From positions 5,704 through 69,703 of the forward strand of contig JAJXUT010000001.1 of the NCBI GenBank assembly GCA_021782655.1: a DNA stretch of 64,000 nucleotides. The letters run 5' to 3'. Positions 28,258-38,252 of this stretch are shown piece after piece. The stretch comes from Deltaproteobacteria bacterium. GTDB taxonomy: Bacteria > Desulfobacterota > Desulfobulbia > Desulfobulbales > VMSU01. Every line of letters starts with the position of its first letter. The first letter of the stretch is position 1. Below the pieces are notes generated by a model. That model was not told the DNA's origin. It saw only the letters and a program-made list of their open reading frames with translations, and ran no database searches. The position numbers and the translations under genes are program-made.

Positions 28258-28381
28258 CGCCAAAAGCTAGCCAACGGCTAAGCAAAAGGGCCGACATGCA
28301 AACCGCCCCGCAATTTTGTCCAATCCCCGCTGGTGTTGGCCGGGAACGCCGCAGATCGGTCTTTTGCGACGCCATAAAATG
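28258..28381. repeat. Intergenic repeat family B, copy B1 (left + right modules)
   Basis: Left module AAAAGCTAGCCAACGGCTAAGCAAAAGGGCCGACATGCAA. Right module AACGCCGCAGATCGGTCTTTTGCGACGCCAT. Both recur inverted at 37546-37687. The left module recurs at 45314-45365 and the right module at 17021-17085. Confidence 0.65.
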
Positions 28382-28390
28382 CCCGCCACT

Positions 28391-28419
28391 TTGACTTGTT
28401 GGCGGCTAAGGCCTATAAT
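28391..28419 (+). promoter_or_regulatory. Near-consensus sigma70 promoter upstream of the radical SAM (ahbD-like) gene
   Basis: TTGACT (28391-28396), 17-nt spacer, TATAAT (28414-28419), 78 nt before the GTG start. Confidence 0.5.
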
Positions 28420-28496
28420 CTGCCCTATCCTCAACCAACCTGGCGGGAAGGCTCTTCGCCCGCCAGACAAACACATTCATCCGCCTGGAGAACGCC

Positions 28497-29564
28497 GTGG
28501 ACTTCATCCCCAAATGGATCGCCTGGGAAATCACCCGCCGCTGCAACTTAAAATGCGTCCACTGCCGTTCCTCCTCGCAGCTTGAGGTGGCGGGGCATCC
28601 GGATTTCTCCCTGGACGAGGCACGTAGGGTACTGGACGACATCGCCTCCTACGCCTCGCCGGTGGTGGTGCTCTCCGGCGGCGAGCCGCTGCTCAGGCCA
28701 GATGTCTTCGACATCGCCCGCTACGGCACCGACAAGGGCCTGCGTATCTGCCTGGCCACCAACGGCACCCTGGTCACCCCCGAGATCTGCGGCCAGATCA
28801 AGGACTCGGGGATCAAGATGGTGTCCTTGAGCCTGGACGGGGCCAGCGCCGAGGTGCACGACAACTTCCGCAACATGCCCGGGGCCTTCGCCGCCACCAC
28901 CAACGCCGCCAGGCTGTTCAAGGAGCAGGGGATCAAGTTCCTGGTCAACTCCTCGTTCACCAAGCGCAACCAGAAGGAGATCGGCAAGCTCTACCCCTTT
29001 GTCAAGGAACTGGGGGCCACCGCCTGGTATATGTTTATGATCGTGCCCACCGGCCGCGGCGAGGACATCATGGATGAGCTGGTGAGCATGGAGGACTACG
29101 AGGGTTTCCTCGCCTGGCACTACGAGATGGAGAAGAACGAGCACGACCTCCTGGTGCGGCCCACCTGCGCCCCCAGCTACTACCGGGTGGTGCTGCAAAA
29201 GGCCAAGGAGCAGGGCGACGACTTCAAGCGCCGGACGCTGCAATTCTCCACCGGCGGCGCCAAGGGCTGCCTGGCTGGCCAGCTCATCGTCCTAATCGAC
29301 GTGGACGGCAACGTCCTGCCGTGCAGCTATTTCCCCATGGCCGCGGGCAACATCCGCGAGAAATCGTTTAAGGAGATCTGGGAGCATTCCGAGCTATTCA
29401 AGAACCTCCGCGACTTCAAATCCTACAAAGGCCGCTGCGGCTCCTGCGAGTACGTCGGTGTCTGTGGCGGCTGCCGGGCCCGGGCCTACGCCATGACCGG
29501 CGACTACATGGCCGAAGAGCCCTTCTGCAGCCATGTGCCGTTCAAGCTCAAGGAGAAGAAATAG
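28497..29564 (+). CDS. ahbD: Radical SAM/SPASM enzyme of the AhbD/NirJ type (putative anaerobic heme synthase / coproheme decarboxylase)
   Basis: [14 protein letters not shown] (CxxxCxxC). [35 protein letters not shown]-terminal SPASM cysteines [18 protein letters not shown]. Clustered with hemE and hemH. Confidence 0.6.
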   Translation: MDFIPKWIAWEITRRCNLKCVHCRSSSQLEVAGHPDFSLDEARRVLDDIASYASPVVVLSGGEPLLRPDVFDIARYGTDKGLRICLATNGTLVTPEICGQIKDSGIKMVSLSLDGASAEVHDNFRNMPGAFAATTNAARLFKEQGIKFLVNSSFTKRNQKEIGKLYPFVKELGATAWYMFMIVPTGRGEDIMDELVSMEDYEGFLAWHYEMEKNEHDLLVRPTCAPSYYRVVLQKAKEQGDDFKRRTLQFSTGGAKGCLAGQLIVLIDVDGNVLPCSYFPMAAGNIREKSFKEIWEHSELFKNLRDFKSYKGRCGSCEYVGVCGGCRARAYAMTGDYMAEEPFCSHVPFKLKEKK

Positions 29565-29607
29565 GGAGCGGCCATGCCCATGACCTTACGCCAGAATGAA
29601 CTACACC

Positions 29608-29660
29608 CGCTGCAAGCAGCGGGGTATCAGCCCCAAAAGCAAGGAACGCAGCAAGCTGCG
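29608..29660. promoter_or_regulatory. Two tandem 14-nt palindromes carrying a compensatory change
   Basis: CGCTGCAAGCAGCG (29608-29621) and CGCAGCAAGCTGCG (29647-29660), each followed by GGGG(T/A)ATCAG. The T/A swap keeps both palindromes perfect. Confidence 0.4.
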
Positions 29661-29876
29661 GGGAATCAGACCCTAAAAGAGATTGAAAATAGTCACGCAT
29701 AACTCTGTCGTCAGAAGCGGCGCAACACTATAGAAGCTATTACCGCCGGTCTTGGATGGCGCTGGTGGACGATGTCGAACGGACGATGTCAGAAATCGTC
29801 GACAACCCGCACACCTACCATTTGATTGGCGAGACCGACTTCCACAACAAAATCCATCATCAAGGAACACCACCCC

Positions 29877-30914
29877 ATGAACACCACCTTTCTCAAGGCC
29901 TGTCAGGGTCTGCCGGTTGACTACACCCCCATCTGGATCATGCGGCAGGCGGGCCGTTATCTGCCCGAGTACCACACCGTGCGGCGCAAGGGCTCCTTCC
30001 TCGACCTGTGCAAGACCCCGGAGAATGCCGCCGAGGTCACCATCCAGCCGGTGGACATCCTGGGTGTCGATGCCGCCATCCTCTTCTCCGACATCCTGGT
30101 GCCGCTGGAGAAGATGGGCGCCCCCCTGGAGTTCCGGGAAAAACAGGGGCCAGTCTTCCCCACCCCCATCCGCGACCGGGCGGCGGTGGACAGGCTCGGC
30201 ATCCCCGACCCGGAGGATGATCTGGGCTACGTCATGGACACCATCCGCATCCTGCGCCGGGAGCTGGTGGACAAGGTGCCCTTGATCGGCTTTTCCGGGG
30301 CGCCCTTCACCCTGGCCACCTACCTCATCGAGGGCGGCTCCTCCAAGAGTTTCTTCCACACCAAGATGATGATGTATAAGGCCCCGGACCTGTACCGCGA
30401 CCTGCTTACCAAGATCACCGACTGCACCATCGCCTACTTGAAGGGTCAGATCGCCGCCGGGGCCCAGGCCCTGCAAATCTTCGACTCCTGGGTCGGGGTG
30501 CTGGCGCCCTGCGATTTTGCCGAATTCGCCCTGCCCTACGTGCAGAGGATCATCACGGCCTTGAAGGCGATGACCAGCGAGGTGCCGATCATCTACTTCG
30601 CCAACAACGGCGGCACCTTGATCGACCAATCGCTCACCTCTGGCGCCGATGTCCTGGGCTGCGACTGGCGGGTGCGGCTGGATGACGTCGTCCGTCAGGT
30701 GGCGGGCAAGGTGTCGATCCAGGGCAACATGGAGCCCTTGGCCCTCTTCCTGCCCCCGGACAAGCTCAAGGCCCGCATCCAGATGGTGCTGGACGAGGCC
30801 CGCAACGCCCGGGGCCACATCTTCAACCTGGGCCACGGCATCGTGCCGGAGACCGATCCCGAGCAGGCCAAACTCGCCGTCCACCTGGTGCACACCTTGA
30901 GCCGCAGGAAGTAA
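29877..30914 (+). CDS. hemE: Uroporphyrinogen decarboxylase
   Basis: FLKACQGLPVDYTPIWIMRQAGRYLPEY...ILFSDILV...FDSWVG...NLGHGI. Confidence 0.95.
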   Translation: MNTTFLKACQGLPVDYTPIWIMRQAGRYLPEYHTVRRKGSFLDLCKTPENAAEVTIQPVDILGVDAAILFSDILVPLEKMGAPLEFREKQGPVFPTPIRDRAAVDRLGIPDPEDDLGYVMDTIRILRRELVDKVPLIGFSGAPFTLATYLIEGGSSKSFFHTKMMMYKAPDLYRDLLTKITDCTIAYLKGQIAAGAQALQIFDSWVGVLAPCDFAEFALPYVQRIITALKAMTSEVPIIYFANNGGTLIDQSLTSGADVLGCDWRVRLDDVVRQVAGKVSIQGNMEPLALFLPPDKLKARIQMVLDEARNARGHIFNLGHGIVPETDPEQAKLAVHLVHTLSRRK

Positions 30915-31534
30915 TGATCCCCGCCCCATCCGAATGCCTGCGGCTGATGGATCAATACCGGATGCTGGCAAACATCCGGGCCCACTCCCTGATGGTGGCC
31001 AGGATCGCCGATTGCCTGACCGGCGCCCTCTTGGCCTGCGGACTGGGCATCGAGGCGCCGCTGGCGGTGGCCGGGGCGCTCCTGCACGACATCGCTAAAT
31101 CCCTTTGCCTGGACAACGACCAGGATCACGCCCGGATGGGCCGCGACATCTGCCTGGCGCACGGCTTTGACGAGCTGGCCCCCCTGGTGGCCCAGCACGT
31201 CCGCCTGGATGAGGCGAGCTACCCCCAGACCCCGCTCTCGGCCAAGGAGATCGTCTATTACGCCGACAAACGGGTCAACCACGACCGGATCGTGCCGCTC
31301 GCCTCCCGGCTCGACTACATCATCGAACGTTACGGCAAAAACGACCCTGCCCGCCACCAGGCGATCCGCAGGAACTTCGCCCGCTGCCAGGCGCTAGAGG
31401 AGGAGCTCTTCCGGGGCCTTAATTTCGGGCCGGAAGAAGTGGCGGCGCGGGTCGCAAGCCGCCCGCCCGCCTGGCTTCCCAACCCGCCGAGGACGGTGGC
31501 CGCCGAGGCGGTATCTGGCGGGGGTGGCTGGTGA
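30914..31534 (+). CDS. HD-domain protein of unknown role, translationally coupled between hemE and hemH
   Basis: HSLMVARIA..GALLHDIAK..YYADKRV (HD metal-ligand pattern). Its ATG overlaps the hemE TAA (TAATG). Its TGA overlaps the hemH GTG (GTGA). Confidence 0.7.
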   Translation: MIPAPSECLRLMDQYRMLANIRAHSLMVARIADCLTGALLACGLGIEAPLAVAGALLHDIAKSLCLDNDQDHARMGRDICLAHGFDELAPLVAQHVRLDEASYPQTPLSAKEIVYYADKRVNHDRIVPLASRLDYIIERYGKNDPARHQAIRRNFARCQALEEELFRGLNFGPEEVAARVASRPPAWLPNPPRTVAAEAVSGGGGW

Positions 31535-32499
31535 GCGCCGGGGAACAGGCGCCGATCGGAGTCGTCCTGCTCAACCTGGGCGGCCCGGAGCGGGTGGAGG
31601 AGGTGCGGCCCTTCCTCTACAACCTCTTCTCCGACCGGCTGATCATCCGCCTGGGGCCGGCCTGCATGCAGAAACCGCTCGCCTGGCTGATCGCCAAGCG
31701 CCGGGCGCCCAAGAGCCAGGGCTATTACCGCCAGATCGGCGGCGGCTCGCCGCTCAACCGAATCACCGCCGCCCAGTGCCAGGCCCTGGAGCGGGAACTG
31801 GCCGGCCAAGGCCCCTTCCGGGTGGACATGGTGATGCGTTACTGGCACCCCCTGGCCAGCGAGACCATACCCAAGCTGCTGGCCCCGGGCCTCCGCCGGC
31901 TGGTGGCCTTAAGCCTTTACCCCCATTATTCCGTGGCCACCACCGGCTCGTCGCTCGCCGACCTGCGGGATTTCCTGGCCCAGCAGGCCCCAGGGGTGGA
32001 GCTGCTGCCCATCGAGTCCTGGCCCGAGGCCCCGGAGTACATCGACTGCCTGGCCCGGCGAATCAACGACTGCCTGGCGGACGGGGGCGGGGAGGTCATC
32101 TACAGCGCCCACAGCCTGCCGGTGAAGTTCATCGCCGAGGGTGACCCCTATGTCGAGCACCTGAAAAAGACCATCGCCCTGGTGGAGGCCCGAACCGGCA
32201 AGACCGGCCACCTCTGCTTCCAGAGCCGCAGCGGCCCAGTCGAGTGGCTGTCTCCCTCCACCCCGGAGACCATCACCCGCCTGGCCCAAGCCGGCTGCCG
32301 CCGGCTGGTGGTGGTACCGATCAGCTTCGTCTCCGACCACGTGGAGACCCTATGCGAGATCGACCTCCAGTACCGGGACCTGGCAAGCGGCCTGGGGGTG
32401 GAGTTGATCCGCACCCCCTCCCTGAACACCGATCCCCACTTCATCGCCGGGCTCGCCCGTCTGGTCGTCTCCGCCTGCCAGGGCCAGGGCTGGCGGTGA
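31531..32499 (+). CDS. hemH: Ferrochelatase-family chelatase (HemH/CpfC)
   Basis: IGVVLLNLGGPE..VRPFLYNLFSD..YYRQIGGGSPL..MRYWHP..LYPHYS..SAHSLP..FQSR.GP..WL.P..PISFVSDHVETL. Confidence 0.9.
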   Translation: MSAGEQAPIGVVLLNLGGPERVEEVRPFLYNLFSDRLIIRLGPACMQKPLAWLIAKRRAPKSQGYYRQIGGGSPLNRITAAQCQALERELAGQGPFRVDMVMRYWHPLASETIPKLLAPGLRRLVALSLYPHYSVATTGSSLADLRDFLAQQAPGVELLPIESWPEAPEYIDCLARRINDCLADGGGEVIYSAHSLPVKFIAEGDPYVEHLKKTIALVEARTGKTGHLCFQSRSGPVEWLSPSTPETITRLAQAGCRRLVVVPISFVSDHVETLCEIDLQYRDLASGLGVELIRTPSLNTDPHFIAGLARLVVSACQGQGWR

Positions 32500-32504
32500 G
32501 CACC

Positions 32505-33921
32505 AGGCGGACGGTTAAATTATGTAGGTTGCATGGCCAGAAAAACATTTCCAACTTCTAAAAGAGCTGCCATTTGGCGGGCACACAAGCGCCTATGCAT
32601 CTACTGCACAGAATTGGTTACTTTCGCTGATCTTGACGTAGACCATATTGTCCCAAATCACCTTAAGGATAAACCGGAGCAATTATCAAAATTGTTGGAT
32701 GAGTATGGGCTCAGCAATGATTTCGATGTTGATGGTCTACTTAACCTTGTTCCGTCGCATCGACACTGCAATCTACAAAAAAATAAAAAAATTCTTTCTA
32801 AGAGCAGGGTTATTCACTTTCTGTCAATCGCTGAAAGTAAATACAACAAGGCCCGCGAGATAGAATATAAGCTTAAGGAACAAGCTAAGAAAGATAATTT
32901 TTTAATATCGGTGCAGATTGCATTAGAAGTAGGACTTACTTCTCTAAATGAGCTTACCCAGCTCGTTAATCGCTATGAAGAATGCCATAATATGTTCGAA
33001 GTGCTTACCGTACTCCCTTTTGTTAATTGCGAGCTAAAAGGATTCATGTCATCTCTAGATGTAGAATCATTATATGATCTACCAATTTTACCAAGGACAT
33101 GTGGTCTTGACAAGTTGACTTTAGTAAAATTAATCTCTCATAAAGAAGAAAAGATAGAGGTTGTAACATGTAGTGAATGGGTGGAAGCTGTTAGTGATGG
33201 TTTCTATGCTCTCACTACCAATGATATAAAAGAGGAGACATTATTCAAGAATGTATATTCTCTAGTCGTTGCATTATCCCAGGCAAGAACCCCTAAATAT
33301 AGTTTTATCTCAGATCAGAAAGTGAGCATTGCTAATTTTGACCTCCTTCCAGTAACTCTGCTACCTGCCCTTAGCAGTGATAGTATAAAGGAATTACAGC
33401 GCTTAGAATCTGAAGGTATTCATATCCCTGACCTCATTGCTCAAGGGAGGGTAAAGGTTGTTTCCTCCTCCCCCTTGACATTGACTCTTCATTATGATGG
33501 CATGGGACTTTACTTGAATGAGATCCTCAGGGCAGATTTGAACGATGATGGAATCGAAGACCTTCTTCTCGGAAGCTATGAGTGGGCTTTAGAGGGAACA
33601 TTTGGTGCAGGAGGCTCTGTGGCCTTGACTCGTCTTGGGATAGACCACCCCTTTACTGTAACTGAACACATTGAATTGAATGTAAGAGAGACTTGGTGCC
33701 AAGCAGGTCAATCTGACCTTCGTAAACAGCCATCTTTTCGGCCTCGGAGGCGGCACAGTTTACCAGGGCTGATACTTGACGAACTTGCAAAAAATCGTCA
33801 TCCCGGCAAAGGCAGGGGAGGCTACTAAGCTGAAAATTGCCGGTGATTAGATTCTGGCTTCCGCCGGAATAAACTATAGTAACTTCGACTTGTTGTGATA
33901 CTATCAAACTTGGCACGAGAC
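32505..33921. other. Compositionally foreign AT-rich island (one gene)
   Basis: Counted 19/60 G+C in 32881-32940, against 40/60 in 32401-32460 and 41/60 in 34021-34080. Boundaries coincide with the hemH stop and the yhbY start. No flanking direct repeats, tRNA or integrase seen. Confidence 0.7.
32533..33828 (+). CDS. HNH endonuclease-domain protein with about 330-aa uncharacterised C-terminal region
   Basis: CIYCTELVTFADLDVDHIVPNH...LVPSHRHCNLQKNKK (CxxC..DH..N..HxxCNxxK HNH core). C-terminal part not recognised except for one FG-GAP/VCBS-like loop ADLNDDGIEDLLLGS. AT-rich codon usage. Confidence 0.75.
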   Translation: MARKTFPTSKRAAIWRAHKRLCIYCTELVTFADLDVDHIVPNHLKDKPEQLSKLLDEYGLSNDFDVDGLLNLVPSHRHCNLQKNKKILSKSRVIHFLSIAESKYNKAREIEYKLKEQAKKDNFLISVQIALEVGLTSLNELTQLVNRYEECHNMFEVLTVLPFVNCELKGFMSSLDVESLYDLPILPRTCGLDKLTLVKLISHKEEKIEVVTCSEWVEAVSDGFYALTTNDIKEETLFKNVYSLVVALSQARTPKYSFISDQKVSIANFDLLPVTLLPALSSDSIKELQRLESEGIHIPDLIAQGRVKVVSSSPLTLTLHYDGMGLYLNEILRADLNDDGIEDLLLGSYEWALEGTFGAGGSVALTRLGIDHPFTVTEHIELNVRETWCQAGQSDLRKQPSFRPRRRHSLPGLILDELAKNRHPGKGRGGY

Positions 33922-34242
33922 ATGACAAAAAAAATAAAAATCCCCCAACTATCACCCCGACAGATCCGCAAACTTCGCGGCCTGGGCCATCACCGGCCGG
34001 TGCTCTCCATGATCGGCAAGGAGGGAATCACCCCGAACCTGGTGGCGGCGGTGGGCGACAACCTGGTGGCCCACGAACTGGTCAAGGTGCGTATCCAGGA
34101 CACCTGCCCCCTGGAACGCCAGGAGGCGGCGGCCCAGCTTGCCACCGCGGTCGGGGCCGCCGTGGTGCAGATCCTGGGCAAGACCGCCCTCCTCTACCGC
34201 CCCAACCCCGACCTGGACGATGCGCGGCGGATCGTCCTCTGA
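33922..34242 (+). CDS. yhbY: YhbY-type CRM-domain RNA-binding protein
   Basis: LSPRQIRKLRGLGHHRPVLSMIGKEGITPNLVAAVGDNLVAHELVKVRI..AVVQILGKTALLYRP. Confidence 0.8.
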   Translation: MTKKIKIPQLSPRQIRKLRGLGHHRPVLSMIGKEGITPNLVAAVGDNLVAHELVKVRIQDTCPLERQEAAAQLATAVGAAVVQILGKTALLYRPNPDLDDARRIVL

Positions 34243-34287
34243 CGACCTTCCTGGCGTGCGTTACGGGGTCGTAGGGATGGCCTTTCA

Positions 34288-37533
<3,246 letters not shown>

Positions 37534-37545
37534 TTCCGCCCACCA

Positions 37546-37687
37546 GTGATGGCGTCGCCAAAAGTCCGATCTACGGCGTTGCAGGACGGTTTGGCTCGTT
37601 CGGCATACCCATATGTATAGCCTCACTCGCCAAACGCACCCCGCGCCTTGCATATCGGCCATTTTGCTTAGCCATCGACTAGCTTTT
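37546..37687. repeat. Intergenic repeat family B, copy B2 (both modules, inverted relative to B1)
   Basis: ATGGCGTCGCCAAAAGTCCGATCTACGGCGTT ... TTGCATATCGGCCATTTTGCTTAGCCATCGACTAGCTTTT is the reverse complement of the B1 modules with a few substitutions. Confidence 0.65.
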
Positions 37688-37715
37688 TACTAGATCATCA
37701 CCATCCACCAGGGGC

Positions 37716-37750
37716 AAAAAAAAAGGGTGACCCGAAGGCCACCCTTTTTC
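37716..37750. terminator. Bidirectional rho-independent terminator between the convergent helicase gene and dsrC
   Basis: A9 run, GGGTGACC-CGAA-GGCCACCC stem-loop, then T5 run. Confidence 0.7.
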
Positions 37751-37775
37751 TGGGCAAATCATCGACGCGGAAGAA

Positions 37776-38096
37776 TCAAACGCAGCCGGTCGGCTTGGGC
37801 AGGCCAGCCATCTTGCAGGCTCCCTTGCCCGGGCCCGACGGGAACAACTCGTAGATCCGCTTCAGCGGGAAGCCAGTGGTCTTGGACAGGATGCGGACCA
37901 TCGGGGCGATGCCGTTCTTCTTGTAGTAGTCCTGCAGGGTATTGATGATCTTGTTGTGCTCGTCGGTCAGATCGCCGATTCCCTCGATCCCCTTGACGTA
38001 GTCAACCCAGCCGTTGTCCCACTCTTCCATACCCTTGGTCAGGAAACCGTCCTCGTCCACATTGTAGGATTTACCGTTATGCTCGATTGTGGCCAT
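37776..38096 (-). CDS. dsrC: DsrC (dissimilatory sulfite reductase gamma subunit/TusE family) with both redox cysteines
   Basis: MATIEHNGKSYNVDEDGFL...HNKIINTLQDYYKKNGIAPMVRIL...GPGKGACKMAGLPKPTGCV. The penultimate Cys and the Cys 11 residues upstream are the DsrC hallmark. Confidence 0.9.
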   Translation of the reverse strand: MATIEHNGKSYNVDEDGFLTKGMEEWDNGWVDYVKGIEGIGDLTDEHNKIINTLQDYYKKNGIAPMVRILSKTTGFPLKRIYELFPSGPGKGACKMAGLPKPTGCV

Positions 38097-38208
38097 CTTA
38101 CTCCTCCTCTCATTGTATGTTAGTAAAAGAACCTGCTACAAAAAAGCCCCACCGTAAAGATACAGCTTGATACTACAGCGCCAGGGGTTTGTCAAGACGC
38201 CAAAATGG

Positions 38209-38233
38209 AAAAATGAGACCTGGCTCATTTTTT
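38209..38233 (-). terminator. Rho-independent terminator after nadB
   Basis: AAAAATGAGACC-T-GGCTCATTTTTT hairpin with flanking A/T runs, 20 nt downstream of the nadB stop. Confidence 0.6.
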
Positions 38234-38252
38234 GTGGGGACGTGCTTAACGG

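Noticed and set aside
33653-33955. 100-aa minus-strand ORF at the right edge of the AT-rich island, considered as a possible antitoxin or immunity partner of the HNH gene.
   Set aside because: It overlaps both the HNH 3' end and the yhbY start. It has no ribosome-binding site and no recognisable fold. It is probably a chance ORF in AT-rich DNA.
37549-37620. Short peptide ORFs running through family B repeats (MASPKVRSTALQDGLARSAYPYV here; related peptides in the B1 and B3 copies).
   Set aside because: Differences between copies are predominantly non-synonymous (V/G, T/A, L/V, Q/R, D/G, S/P, P/H). Reading frames are not preserved across all copies, and there is no Shine-Dalgarno sequence. They are treated as non-coding repeats.
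38100-38200. Possible fourth copy of repeat family A (AAGAACCTGCTACAAAAAAGCCCCACCGTAAAG) upstream of dsrC, and another at 5975-6040.
   Set aside because: Similarity is limited to short words (AACCTG, CCGTAA). There is no colinear alignment over the element.
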